64,000 nucleotides of DNA from an uncultured Granulicella sp. (GTDB lineage: Bacteria; Acidobacteriota; Terriglobia; Terriglobales; Acidobacteriaceae). Shown here in pieces: positions 9,301 to 19,790 of the stretch. The notes beneath the pieces are model-generated. The model was not told the DNA's origin. It saw only the letters and a list, made by a program, of their open reading frames with translations, and did no database searches. Location of the stretch: the NCBI GenBank assembly GCA_937873265.1, contig CALMVL010000072.1, positions 2,557 through 66,556 of the forward strand, given 5' to 3'. Numbering within the stretch: position 1 is the first letter of the stretch; each line of letters starts with the position of its first letter. A program made the translations under genes and the position numbers.

Positions 9301-10092
9301 CTACTCGCCATCGGCGGCGGGCCCGGCGGAGACGCCGGCCGAGGTTCCGTCCGGAAGAAAGCCGACCGGCACCTGAAACAGACTGGGATCCGGAGGCACC
9401 CGCAGGATTTCGGTGAGGCCGACCTCCGTCGTCTCATGCCGCGCGGTGTCGGTCTCGATCATTCGCACATATAGGCCCAAGTCCACCGAAAACCAGCTCT
9501 CCATCTCCCTCTGCGCTGAAGCGGGCTGCTTCTGCGCAGCGGAAAGCGATCCGGCCGAGGGTGCCGACCAGAGCTCTCGGCTACCGACCGCCATCACGCC
9601 CGCGATCAGCTTCGTGCCCAGATGCGTCACCGTCGCTTCTGCTCCGTTGCGCAGCTCTCGCTCCGAGCGCCCCTGCGTCTCCGCTGCTCGATGCAACTGC
9701 TCTGGCACGGCGGCCGGCGAAAGCTCCTGCGCAGCCAGTTGCGGAGCCGGCCGTATGCTATAGCGCTTGTGCGCCAGATCGAGCACGATACCGCGCCTCC
9801 CCGGGACGTCGAGGATGAAGGCGGTGGTTGCGACACCGCTGCGCGGATCGACCAGCTCCACATACGTGCTGCCCGCGGCATCGCGGGCCATGCGACCCCG
9901 GGTGACCGTAGTTCCCGCCTCGTTCGCCCGCGTCACCACCTGCATGGCTTGAAACGGAACGTCGCGCACCTGCACGGAGTTATCGAGCATCTGCGCCCGG
10001 GCGCCTGAGCTGAAGGGCAGCAGCGACACCACGACAGTTAGACCGGCTCCCCGGACGGTTCTCTGCAACGATCTTCGCCGGCTCACTCGCAT
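9301..10092 (-). CDS. Secreted hypothetical protein
   Basis: Signal peptide ending ARA-Q; GRMARDAAGSTYVE, WFSVDLGL, PDPSLFQVP resemble a family of Acidobacterial exported proteins. Confidence 0.65.
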   Translation of the reverse strand: MRVSRRRSLQRTVRGAGLTVVVSLLPFSSGARAQMLDNSVQVRDVPFQAMQVVTRANEAGTTVTRGRMARDAAGSTYVELVDPRSGVATTAFILDVPGRRGIVLDLAHKRYSIRPAPQLAAQELSPAAVPEQLHRAAETQGRSERELRNGAEATVTHLGTKLIAGVMAVGSRELWSAPSAGSLSAAQKQPASAQREMESWFSVDLGLYVRMIETDTARHETTEVGLTEILRVPPDPSLFQVPVGFLPDGTSAGVSAGPAADGE

Positions 10093-10333
10093 GCGGCACC
10101 CATCTTCCGGGCATCTCCTGGACAGCGGCCGCTCAGACGGTCCCGCGGCACTGAATCCGATACGCCCAGCCGTCTTTCCTGGATTTCCTCATTGGCCAAC
10201 TTACGTGCAATCGGGAACCCAGGCGATTACACCAAAGTGCGATTGCGTCTATCGGCGTTACATTCCCTATTCGTCGCGCGTAGGTCGATCGCGTGGCGAA
10301 AGACCGTCCACGCTACAATTCCCCGACACCACC

Positions 10334-11851
10334 ATGAATCTCGCTGCTCTGGTTATCGGTCTGATCGCGCTCACCCTGCTCGCCGTTTCGCTCGGCCAGC
10401 TGGGGAAGGTGCGGACGAAGGCCGACTACCTTGTCGCGGGCCGGTCGCTTTCTGCGTTTGTGCTGGTGTTCACGCTGCTCAGCTCGTGGATCGGTTCGGG
10501 GTCTCTGCTTGCCGGGGCTGAAAATGCATACCGTCACGGTTTTGCCGCGCTCTGGCAAGCCGGCGGCGGATGGACCGGCCTTCTGCTGATCTACTTCATC
10601 GCGCCGCGGGCGAGGAAGTTCGCGCAGTATACGATTCCCGACCTGCTCGAGGCCCGATACAGCCAGGCTGCCCGGGTGCTTGGCGTGCTCGCCATCCTGC
10701 TTGCCTATACCGCGATCACCTCGTACCAGTTCATCGGCGGAGGCGATATCCTTCACCTCATCTTTCCCGGCGCGATTACACCCATCGCCGGCCGCTACAT
10801 CATTGCGGGCTTCGTCATCCTGATCACGGCCGTGGGCGGCATGAGCTCGGTTGCCTACATGGACCTGTTTATCGGGCTGCTGGCGACCTCTGCCCTGTGC
10901 GTCGCGCTGCCGGTGCTGATTCACCTCACGGGCGGATGGCCGACGGTTCGCCAGGCGCTTCCGCCGACGCACTTCGAGGTGTTCGGCGACCTTTCCCCGA
11001 TTCAGGCGCTCGAGCTGTTCCTGCCGACATGCCTGCTGCTGCTCGGCAACCAGTCGATGTACCAGAAGTTTTTCTCGGCAAGAACGGAGAAGGACGCTTC
11101 CCGCGCCGTGGTCGGCTGGATCGTCGGAACCGTGATTCTTGAGTCCGTGATCGTTGCACTTGCGGTTACCGGTTCGGCGCTGTTTCCCACCGGCGAGGTG
11201 AGCCAGGCACCGCGCGAGATCCTCGCCTACATCGGCCTGCATGCCTTTGTGCCCGCTGCCACGACGGTGGTTCTTGGTCCGACAGCGGCGGTTACCACCC
11301 ACGTGGCTGGCGCGGTGCCTGCTCTGGAAGCCACGCTGCTCCCGCTGCTCGGCGCTGTGCTGCTCGGAGCCATTTTTGCGAAGGTCATCTCCACCGCCAA
11401 CAACTGGCTCTTCTCGCCCGCCACGAATCTGGTCAACGACATTTACGTTCGGTACATCGCCCCGAACGCGTCAAATCGCCGGGTTCTGGCAGTCAGCCGG
11501 CTCACGGTGGTCGGCCTCGGCGTGTGGGCGCTGTACCAGGGCTTGTATGCCCAATCGGTCCTCAAGGTAGCGCTTTATGCGTACACCATCTACGGATCCG
11601 CGCTCACACCGGTGATCCTGGCGGCGTTTTACTGGCGGCGAGCAACGGCTCCCGCGGCGGTTTCGTCGATCGCCACGGGCACGCTGGTGACGGTTCTGTG
11701 GGACCGCATTGCGCCGCATCTTTCCCCCGCTCTGGCGCGTCGCGACGCGATCTTCCCAGCGCTCGTGCTTTCACTCACCTGCCTCTTCGTGGTCAGTCTG
11801 CTCACCCGTCCACCCGATCCCGCCCACCTTCAGACACTCGGGGAAGCGTAA
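10334..11851 (+). CDS. Sodium:solute symporter family protein
   Basis: DYLVAGRSL, SWIGSGS, TIPDLLEARY, GGMSSVAYMD, NQSMYQKFFSAR, AKVISTAN; ~13 TM segments. Confidence 0.92.
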   Translation: MNLAALVIGLIALTLLAVSLGQLGKVRTKADYLVAGRSLSAFVLVFTLLSSWIGSGSLLAGAENAYRHGFAALWQAGGGWTGLLLIYFIAPRARKFAQYTIPDLLEARYSQAARVLGVLAILLAYTAITSYQFIGGGDILHLIFPGAITPIAGRYIIAGFVILITAVGGMSSVAYMDLFIGLLATSALCVALPVLIHLTGGWPTVRQALPPTHFEVFGDLSPIQALELFLPTCLLLLGNQSMYQKFFSARTEKDASRAVVGWIVGTVILESVIVALAVTGSALFPTGEVSQAPREILAYIGLHAFVPAATTVVLGPTAAVTTHVAGAVPALEATLLPLLGAVLLGAIFAKVISTANNWLFSPATNLVNDIYVRYIAPNASNRRVLAVSRLTVVGLGVWALYQGLYAQSVLKVALYAYTIYGSALTPVILAAFYWRRATAPAAVSSIATGTLVTVLWDRIAPHLSPALARRDAIFPALVLSLTCLFVVSLLTRPPDPAHLQTLGEA

Positions 11852-11916
11852 CTTTTCCGCTTGTAACGGTTTAGTATGGTCAGCACTACAGAGAGAACCG
11901 CGTCGAGGACCACCGG

Positions 11917-13206
11917 ATGCAGCTCGCCCCCGTTCCCCACATCGTCGCGCTTGGAGCGCTGCTGCTGCTGCTGGACTGGTTGCGCAGGAGGTATCCCGAG
12001 CAGCGTTTTGGGTTATGGCTGGCCGGTCTTCTGCTCATCTTTGTCGCGGAGGTTGAGCGTGTCCTGTTTCTGCTTCCCGGGCCATGGAGTCACGCGGCGC
12101 ACGTCGTTGCCCTGAACTGCTTCGCCCTCGCCGGCAGCATCTTTTTCTGGGGGTCCTTTCCGACCCAGAACGCGAACCCGGTAGACCGCCGTCACCTGCT
12201 GGCCAGCGTCCCACCCCTGCTTGCCTTTCTCACGCTGTACGGTTTCGGCGTCACCAATCCTACCTGGTACTACATCCTGATCGGGCTGGGTTTGCTGACC
12301 GGCATCTGGACCATTCTTCGGCTGCAATTGCCTTTGCTCATCCTTGGGCTGCGCGTCAGCATTCTTCTGCTCATGGCTGCCGGCGTTCGGCACGGAGATC
12401 TGGGGTTCGCCGCCCATCTGCCGCTCGCGTACACCTACGCCTTCTGCGCCTGGTCGTTTTTCACGGGATTGCCGCGCACGAGTCTTGGCCGCACCGTGAT
12501 CGTCACCGGCTTCTCCATTTGGTCGGCCTGCTTCGCCTTGCACGCCTGGACGGCCACCCATCCCAGCTGGATGCCGCTTGCCGCCGAGATCTGGTCGCTG
12601 CAGACCTTTGCCGTTACGCTGGGGATGCTGCTGGTGGTGTTTGAGCAGCAGGTGGAGCGCAACAAGCACCTCGCGCTGCACGACCAGCTTACGGGACTGC
12701 CCAATCGCCGGCTCTACGAGGATCGTCTCCATCAGGCGACGCTGCAGGCGCAGAGGACCGGGCAGCGCGTCGCCTTAATGGTGCTGGACCTTGATGGGTT
12801 CAAAGCCATCAACGATGCTCTGGGCCACGCCGTCGGCGACCAGTTCCTCTGTCAGGTCGCGCAAATTCTTCGTCAGTCTCTCCGGAGCTACAACACCATG
12901 GCCCGGCTTGGCGGCGACGAGTTCGGCATCATCTCCCCGGACCTCGTTCCCTTTTCCCACCAGGCCCGATCTGCTGCCGAGGCGATCGTCGCTTCGCTGC
13001 ATACGGCGCTTGCGCCGCCTGTCACGGTCGGAGCTCATACGTTCCGGGCGAGCTGCAGCGTCGGTGTCGCCATCTTCCCCGACGACAGTACGGATCTTGA
13101 GGAGCTGCACCGCATGGCCGACCTCCGCATGTACGAGCACAAACGCACGAAGCCTGTCGGCAATCGGCTCGTCGCCGCCGAGTTCCAGCCCACGTCGGCG
13201 CTGTGA
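11917..13206 (+). CDS. Membrane-anchored diguanylate cyclase (GGDEF)
   Basis: Multi-TM N-terminus; HDQLTGLPNRR, LDLDGFKAINDALGHAVGD, ARLGGDEF, ADLRMY. Confidence 0.92.
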   Translation: MQLAPVPHIVALGALLLLLDWLRRRYPEQRFGLWLAGLLLIFVAEVERVLFLLPGPWSHAAHVVALNCFALAGSIFFWGSFPTQNANPVDRRHLLASVPPLLAFLTLYGFGVTNPTWYYILIGLGLLTGIWTILRLQLPLLILGLRVSILLLMAAGVRHGDLGFAAHLPLAYTYAFCAWSFFTGLPRTSLGRTVIVTGFSIWSACFALHAWTATHPSWMPLAAEIWSLQTFAVTLGMLLVVFEQQVERNKHLALHDQLTGLPNRRLYEDRLHQATLQAQRTGQRVALMVLDLDGFKAINDALGHAVGDQFLCQVAQILRQSLRSYNTMARLGGDEFGIISPDLVPFSHQARSAAEAIVASLHTALAPPVTVGAHTFRASCSVGVAIFPDDSTDLEELHRMADLRMYEHKRTKPVGNRLVAAEFQPTSAL

Positions 13207-14276
13207 ACTTCTCCGCAATGCGAAGTCACGCTGTTATCGTCCTTTTGCTCTGCTCCGCAGTACTCTGCGCTCAAAATTCCAACCCAGCACCAGGCGCACA
13301 ACCACCAACCCTCTCCGTCCAGTCCAACCTCGTCCTCGTCCCCACCACCGTCCAGATCAAGTCCGGGGACATGCTGTACACCCTCAAGCCGGAGCAGTTC
13401 GTCGTGACCGCCGACGGCGTGCCCCAGACAATTCACCTCGACGAAGAGACGGACTCCCGCGGCCTTTCGCTTGTCGTCGTGCTCCAGTGCTCTCGCTCCG
13501 CCATTGCTGAGTTCGCCAAACTCCCCGGTCTTGCCAGCATGATCGACGCCATCGCGGGCGGTGGCCCGCGCGAGGTCGCCCTTGTCTCCTTTGGGTCCGA
13601 GCCCACCGTCCTCCAGGACTTCACCCCGGACCCCGATGCCATCCACACCGCCCTCGGGCAGCTCGAACCCTGTACCGATGATGCCAATGCCGCGATCCTT
13701 GATGCCGTCGCCTACTCCACGGCCATGCTCGAGCACCGCCCCGACACCAACCGGCACGCCATTCTCCTCATCAGCGAAACTCGCGACCACGGCTCGCACC
13801 ACAAGCCTGAGACGGTTATCTCGTTTCTCGGACGCACCAATGCCCTTGTCGATTCTGTCGCCTTCGCGCCCATGAAGACCCAGTTCCTCAGCGACCTTCG
13901 CCATAGCTCCGGCAATGGACCCGACTTCCTTCCCCTTTTCCTGGCCGCCGTCCAGGCAGTCCGGTCCAATGCTCCCAAAGAGCTGTCTCGCCTGTCAGGC
14001 GGCGAGTACATCAACTTCACCACCCAGAAAGGGTTCGAGCGCGGCCTTTCGGACATCGCCAATCACATCCACAACTACTACCTCATCAGCTTCCAACCTC
14101 ACGCGAAAGACGACGCCCCTGTTCCCACCGGCCTCCATGCCATCTCCGTCACCGTCCCTGACTATCCTTCCGCCCGCATCCGCTTCCGCGAGTCTTACTG
14201 GACGGGCGATCCAGTCACACCCGCCCCGGATCCCAATCCAGCCCCCAACCCAGCGTCCGAGCCCAAACATCCCTGA
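13203..14276 (+). CDS. Secreted VWA-domain protein (Acidobacterial VWFA-related)
   Basis: Signal peptide; [48 protein letters not shown]; GTGA overlap with the GGDEF stop. Confidence 0.85.
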   Translation: MNFSAMRSHAVIVLLLCSAVLCAQNSNPAPGAQPPTLSVQSNLVLVPTTVQIKSGDMLYTLKPEQFVVTADGVPQTIHLDEETDSRGLSLVVVLQCSRSAIAEFAKLPGLASMIDAIAGGGPREVALVSFGSEPTVLQDFTPDPDAIHTALGQLEPCTDDANAAILDAVAYSTAMLEHRPDTNRHAILLISETRDHGSHHKPETVISFLGRTNALVDSVAFAPMKTQFLSDLRHSSGNGPDFLPLFLAAVQAVRSNAPKELSRLSGGEYINFTTQKGFERGLSDIANHIHNYYLISFQPHAKDDAPVPTGLHAISVTVPDYPSARIRFRESYWTGDPVTPAPDPNPAPNPASEPKHP

Positions 14277-14320
14277 GTTCAGTACACTCCCTCACATCGT
14301 CGATTGCCCAAGGAGCCTCG

Positions 14321-15637
14321 TTGAGCCAGACCATCTTCACTGCCATGCCTACCGTGACGTACGAAGGTCCGACCAGCCAGAACGAGCTCGCCTACCGTTG
14401 GTATGACCCCGACCAAGTGGTGCTCGGTCAGCCGCTTCGAGAGCACATGCGCTTCGCCGTGGCCTACTGGCACTCCCTTGTGATGAACGGCGCCGATCCG
14501 TTTGGCGCGCCCACCCTTCACCGTCCATGGATGGATCGCGACGACGCGATGCAGGCTGCGCGCGACAAGGCCGATGCCGCCTTTGACCTTTTCCGGGTGC
14601 TTGACCTGCCGTTCTTCACCTTTCACGATCGCGACATTGCTCCCGAAGGCGATTCGCTTGGGCAGTCCCTCGCCAACTTCCACACCATTGCTGACTACCT
14701 TGCGGAGAAGATGTCGACGTCGAAGACCAGGCTTCTGTGGGGAACCGCCAATCTCTTCACGCATCCACGCTTTATGTCGGGGGCGGCCACCAACCCTGAT
14801 CCAGAGATTTTTCGCTACGCGGCCACCACAGTGAAGCACTGCATGGACGTTACGAAGGCCCTGGGTGGGGAAAATTATGTACTCTGGGGCGGCCGCGAGG
14901 GATACGACACCCTGCTCAACACCGACATGGGCCACGAGCTCGAGCAGGCTGGCCGCTTCCTTTCGCTGGTTGTGGAGTATAAACACAAGATCGGCTTTTC
15001 CGGGCAGATTCTGATCGAGCCTAAGCCCAAAGAGCCCACCACCCATCAGTACGACTTCGACGCGGCCACGGTGTTCGGATTTCTCAAGCGCTTTGGCCTC
15101 GAGACCGAGGTGAAGCTGAACCTGGAAGCCAACCATGCGCTTCTTGCCGGCCACTCCTTCGAGCATGAGATCGCCACCGCCGCCTCGCTGGGGCTGCTGG
15201 GCTCGCTCGACATCAACCGGGGCGACCCGCTGCTCGGCTGGGACACCGACCAGTTCCCGAACGACTTACAAGCAGCTACCCTCGCGATGTACCACGTTCT
15301 TCTTGCCGGCGGTCTCGGCAAGGGCGGCATGAACTTCGACGCCAAGATCCGGCGTCAGTCGATCGACCCCGAAGACCTCGTCTATGCGCATGTGGGCGCC
15401 GTCGACCTTTGCGCCCGCGGATTCCTCAAGGCGGCGCAGCTTGTCGAGGAAGGAAGGCTTGCCGCCGCCCTCCAGGATCGGTACGCCGGCTGGAACAGTA
15501 CTGAAAATGCAGCGATGCTGCGCGGCGAAGTTGCCCTGGAGCAGATTGCCGCCGAAGCTGAAGAGAAGGGCCTGAACCCCCAACCCCGCTCCGGGCGGCA
15601 GGAGCGGCTGGAGAACCTCCTCGCGCGCACCTTCTAG
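14321..15637 (+). CDS. xylA: Xylose isomerase (class II)
   Basis: [62 protein letters not shown]; AAGGAG RBS before TTG. Confidence 0.97.
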   Translation: MSQTIFTAMPTVTYEGPTSQNELAYRWYDPDQVVLGQPLREHMRFAVAYWHSLVMNGADPFGAPTLHRPWMDRDDAMQAARDKADAAFDLFRVLDLPFFTFHDRDIAPEGDSLGQSLANFHTIADYLAEKMSTSKTRLLWGTANLFTHPRFMSGAATNPDPEIFRYAATTVKHCMDVTKALGGENYVLWGGREGYDTLLNTDMGHELEQAGRFLSLVVEYKHKIGFSGQILIEPKPKEPTTHQYDFDAATVFGFLKRFGLETEVKLNLEANHALLAGHSFEHEIATAASLGLLGSLDINRGDPLLGWDTDQFPNDLQAATLAMYHVLLAGGLGKGGMNFDAKIRRQSIDPEDLVYAHVGAVDLCARGFLKAAQLVEEGRLAAALQDRYAGWNSTENAAMLRGEVALEQIAAEAEEKGLNPQPRSGRQERLENLLARTF

Positions 15638-15649
15638 GCGCGAGCGGAG

Positions 15650-17164
15650 TTACGGCGCCAGGGGCAGGCTGTCCGGGGACACCGCGACCTCCGGGTAGAG
15701 CCGGTGCAGCCAGGTGCGGTAGGCCGTTCGCGCACGGTCGTAAGCGGCTCGCCTGGAGATGTCGGGGTGAGCCGTCCGATCTTCGCGCAGGCGCACAAAC
15801 CTGTCCGCGACCGCTGCAAAGGAGAGCTCGTCTCCCCTGCTCCGCCCGTAGGCCACTGCCGCCTGCATCGCCGCCCCCAGACATCCGGCTTCCTCTTCGG
15901 CGGGAATCTCGATCACCGCACCTGTGGCATCCGCGAGCAGCTGCCCCCAGGCAGGGGACCGCGCCCCGCCCCCGATGAGAACGATTCGGTCTGCGGGTTC
16001 GCCCTGCAGAATCAGGTCCAACCCATTCAGAATGCCGAAGCTCACCCCTTCTATCAGCGCTCGAACGATGTGTGTCGCCTTGAAGTTGCTCGCGGAGATC
16101 CCGACCATGGATCCTTGCGCTTCGGGCAGATCCGGTGTCCGCTCCCCATTCAGAAACGGCACAAAGACCAGCCCGTCCGCGCCCGGCTCTGTCGCCGCCA
16201 ACGCCGGTTCGATCTCCGCGACGCTTTTGCCTAGAACCTCCAACGTTTGCGTCACGACATTCGTTGCATTCATGGTGCAGACCAGCGGGAGCCAGCCCCC
16301 GCTTGAGGAGCAAAACGGAGCGACATTGCCGGTTGGGTCCAACACCGGCCGACGGCGAAACGAGTACACGGTCGATGAGGTTCCGAGGCTCATGGTGACA
16401 ATTCCTTCGCGCACGTTGCCGGTCCCGATTGCTCCCATCATGTTGTCGCCACCGCCCGCCGATACCACGCATCCGCTCTGCAGGCCAAGCTCAGCGGCCA
16501 CCTCCGCCCGCAGTGTGCCCACCACTGCATCAGCCGGCATGAGCTGCGGCAGCGCGCAAACGAGCTGGCCCGTTCCTCCGTCGATGGCGTCCAGCACCTC
16601 CCGCGCCCAGGTTCTTGTTCGCACATCGAAGTAAGCCGTCCCCGAGGCATCGCCAAACTCCGCCCGCAGCTGGCCGGTAAGCCACCAGTTCAGGTACTCA
16701 TGCGGCAACAGGAGGTGCCGCACCCGCATGAAGTTTTCCGGTTCCCGGTCTCGCAGCCAAAGCAGCTTTGACACGGTATACCCGGTAAGGGGAATGATGC
16801 CAAAGCGCTGAAAGCATGCCTGCTTCCCACCCAGACGATCGATCACCTCGCGATTTTGTGGAGCTGTTTCGGTGTCGTTCCAAAGCTTTGCCGGACGGAT
16901 GACACGCATGTCCTGATCCAGGACCACCAAGCCATGCTGCTGCCCCGAAACTCCCATGGCAACGACGTCGGCTCCCGCCGTACCGACGGCTTCGCGCACG
17001 GCCAGCCGTACCGCCTCGACCCACCACGCCGGGTCCTGCTCTCTCGCACCATTTGCCTTTTCGATGAGCCGATGCCGCGCATACCCCCGGCCCAGCGCTC
17101 GCCCGTGCTCGTCCACCAGCAAGGCTTTTGTCCCCTGCGTCCCGCAGTCCACTCCCAGGTACAT
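15650..17164 (-). CDS. xylB: Xylulokinase (FGGY family)
   Basis: MYLGVDCGTQGTK, SGQQHG, RPAKLWND, GDASGT, GGGDNMMGAIG, SLGTS, FLNGERTP, GGGARS; GGAGG RBS; adjacent to xylA. Confidence 0.93.
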   Translation of the reverse strand: MYLGVDCGTQGTKALLVDEHGRALGRGYARHRLIEKANGAREQDPAWWVEAVRLAVREAVGTAGADVVAMGVSGQQHGLVVLDQDMRVIRPAKLWNDTETAPQNREVIDRLGGKQACFQRFGIIPLTGYTVSKLLWLRDREPENFMRVRHLLLPHEYLNWWLTGQLRAEFGDASGTAYFDVRTRTWAREVLDAIDGGTGQLVCALPQLMPADAVVGTLRAEVAAELGLQSGCVVSAGGGDNMMGAIGTGNVREGIVTMSLGTSSTVYSFRRRPVLDPTGNVAPFCSSSGGWLPLVCTMNATNVVTQTLEVLGKSVAEIEPALAATEPGADGLVFVPFLNGERTPDLPEAQGSMVGISASNFKATHIVRALIEGVSFGILNGLDLILQGEPADRIVLIGGGARSPAWGQLLADATGAVIEIPAEEEAGCLGAAMQAAVAYGRSRGDELSFAAVADRFVRLREDRTAHPDISRRAAYDRARTAYRTWLHRLYPEVAVSPDSLPLAP

Positions 17165-17261
17165 CGCTCTGCCTCCAGCACCGCCACACCGCAAGCAACA
17201 CTATAGGTGGGCTACGCGATGGCCGCACCTTTCACCTCGACAGGCTTGCGCTTCCTCTGCA

Positions 17262-19688
17262 ATGATTCGCTCGGTCCCGACATCCCAGCCGCCGACACTG
17301 GAGTGCACCCGCTTGGCCTATTTCACGCTGCCCGCCCGCCACTTCGCTGTCTTCGCCATTGCTCTGCTTGCCCTGGCCACCGCCACCGCCCAGACGATCC
17401 AGACCACCCGCGATCAGGCGACCATCCTGGTTGAGCCGTACGCTCCCAACATTCTCCGCGTCACCCTCAGCCTTGATGCCCATTTTGCCGAAGCTCCGCC
17501 CGGGTATGGCATCGTCGCGCGCCCTTCGGTTACCGGTTGGCAGACCGGCTCAGGTGACCAGCTCCGATCGTCTGCACTCACGGTCACCGTCGCTCCCCAA
17601 CCTGCGCGGAACCCAAACAGTCCGAATCCGAACGCGTTCACCCAGTCCAGCATTGCCCGGTTCTTCAACGGATCGACGCCCTACGTTGGCCTGTCGATCC
17701 GAACCGCCGAAGGCAAGCCGCTCTTCCAGCTCAACGGCTGGCAGATGTCCGTCCCCAACCATAAGGACGGCAACGCGCAGGTCCTGAATGATCGGCGCCC
17801 TTCGGATCCGCCGTTCTTTGAGGTTGGCGCGACCTTCGCCGCAGCGCCGGACGAGCACGATTACGGCCTGGGCCAGAACCAGCAGGGGTTCCTCGACCGG
17901 CGAGGCCACGTGATCGACTGTGCCCACGATTACAACGCTCCGGCCGGCCCCTCCGTCTGTGTTCCTTTCTTTGTCACCAACAAGGGCTACGGCCTGATTT
18001 GGGACAACCCGGCCAAGACTCGCTTTGAGTTCGGCTTCAACGATGTAAACAAGATCACCAGCCAAGTCGGCCAGCGTGTCTCCTTCTTCGTCATCGCGGG
18101 AGACTACGACGCGATCTACCAGGGCTACCGCCTGCTTACCGGCGATGCCCCCATGCTGCCGAAGTCCGCGTTCGGGTACATCCAGTGCAAGCAGCGCTAC
18201 ACCTCCCAAGCCGAGGTGATGGAGGTTGCTCACGGATACCGCTCGCGCCACCTGCCGATCGACGATATCGTGATCGACTGGTTTACGTATACCAAGATGG
18301 GGGAGATGGACATGGATCCGGCCCGCTGGCCCGATCCCAACACCATGAACCGCGAGCTCCACGCCCTTAACATCCATACGATGATCAGCGTGTGGCCGCG
18401 CTTCGTCCCGGGCAGCCGTTACTACCAGACGATCCTCGACCACGGGTGGTTTGAGGCGCTCGCCGACGGCACCCCGACCAACGGTCTTCCCTACGACCGC
18501 GCCGGCTCCGACATTGATACCACCAACCCCCAAGCAGCCGCCTGGTACTGGTCTGTTATCCGCGAGAACTACGTTGCAAAGGGATTCGACAGCTTCTGGG
18601 CGGATGAGACCGAGCCTGATCTCCCACCCAACGGCAGCTACTTCCATGTGGGCCCCGGCACCGAGTTCTTCAATGTGTACCCTCTCTTCCACACCGCCGC
18701 GTTCTACAACGGCCTGCGGCGCGACACCACGAGCCGCGCCCTGATTCTTTCCCGGGACGCTTACCTCGGCGCCCAGCATAACGGCACGATCTTCTGGTCG
18801 TCCGACATCCAGGACAACTGGGACACGCTCCGCCGCCAGATCCCAACCGGCTTGAACTTCGTCGCCTCCGGCATGCCCTTCTGGTCCACTGATATCGGCG
18901 GTTGGCAGTATCTGCCGGCCGTTCACAAGCCAGCCCACCCACCGCTGCTTGATCCCAGTGACGCCCGCGACAACATCGGCGGCTATGATGACTACCCCGA
19001 GCTTTACACCCGTTGGTTCGAGTACGCCACCTTCCAACCCAATCTCCGCGCCCATGGTTCCCGACCGCATAACGAGGTTTGGAGCTATGGAAAAGCCGCG
19101 CAACCGATTCTTGAGAGGTACTTACGCCTTCGCTACCAGCTCTTGCCGTATATCTATTCCCTCGGCTGGCAGACACACGAGACGGGTGCGCCGTTCATGC
19201 GCGCCCTTTTCCTGGACTTTGGGCAAGACCCACAGGTGGCCGACATCGGCGACGAGTATATGTTTGGCCCCGCCCTGCTCGTTGCGCCCGTCACCGAGCA
19301 GGGCGCCACCGCGCGTTCCGTATACCTGCCCGCCGGAGCCGACTGGTATAACTTCTGGACCAACGAGAGGGTTCATGGCGGCCAGCGCATCACCGTCCAG
19401 GCCCCCATCGACCAGATCCCCCTGTTCGTTCGCGCCGGATCCATCCTTCCGCTCGGCGCGCCGATTGAGAGCACCAAGGACGTGCAGACGATTCAGAAGC
19501 TTCGGGTCTACCCTGGAGCGGATGCGGACTTCACGCTTTACAACGACGACGGAACCACCTATGCCTACGAGCGCGGCGCCTTTGAAGAAACTCACCTCCA
19601 CTGGTCCGACGCCCAAGGCAGACTGACTCACACCGGCGCCCAGCCGTGGACGGTTCCTGATTCGGAACTGATCGAGGTAGCTCGTTAG
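17262..19688 (+). CDS. Secreted glycoside hydrolase family 31 (alpha-xylosidase-like); start approximate
   Basis: Hydrophobic signal-like segment; YGLGQ, FGYIQCKQRY, IVIDWF, nucleophile motif FWADETEP, WSSDI, WSTDIGG, RYQLLPYIYS, YMFGPALLVAPV. Confidence 0.92.
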   Translation: MIRSVPTSQPPTLECTRLAYFTLPARHFAVFAIALLALATATAQTIQTTRDQATILVEPYAPNILRVTLSLDAHFAEAPPGYGIVARPSVTGWQTGSGDQLRSSALTVTVAPQPARNPNSPNPNAFTQSSIARFFNGSTPYVGLSIRTAEGKPLFQLNGWQMSVPNHKDGNAQVLNDRRPSDPPFFEVGATFAAAPDEHDYGLGQNQQGFLDRRGHVIDCAHDYNAPAGPSVCVPFFVTNKGYGLIWDNPAKTRFEFGFNDVNKITSQVGQRVSFFVIAGDYDAIYQGYRLLTGDAPMLPKSAFGYIQCKQRYTSQAEVMEVAHGYRSRHLPIDDIVIDWFTYTKMGEMDMDPARWPDPNTMNRELHALNIHTMISVWPRFVPGSRYYQTILDHGWFEALADGTPTNGLPYDRAGSDIDTTNPQAAAWYWSVIRENYVAKGFDSFWADETEPDLPPNGSYFHVGPGTEFFNVYPLFHTAAFYNGLRRDTTSRALILSRDAYLGAQHNGTIFWSSDIQDNWDTLRRQIPTGLNFVASGMPFWSTDIGGWQYLPAVHKPAHPPLLDPSDARDNIGGYDDYPELYTRWFEYATFQPNLRAHGSRPHNEVWSYGKAAQPILERYLRLRYQLLPYIYSLGWQTHETGAPFMRALFLDFGQDPQVADIGDEYMFGPALLVAPVTEQGATARSVYLPAGADWYNFWTNERVHGGQRITVQAPIDQIPLFVRAGSILPLGAPIESTKDVQTIQKLRVYPGADADFTLYNDDGTTYAYERGAFEETHLHWSDAQGRLTHTGAQPWTVPDSELIEVAR

Positions 19689-19790
19689 GATCACCGACAT
19701 GGCGATTGACTACGTCGTTTGCCCTCGCCGGGCACGGGCGGACGCCTGGGGCGTATGCACCGGATTCGGCAATGGCGCATCTGATTCGGT

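Noticed and set aside
16956-17261. 910-aa GH31 starting at 16956
   Set aside because: It overlaps the xylB 5' end; the signal-like segment lies downstream of 17262.
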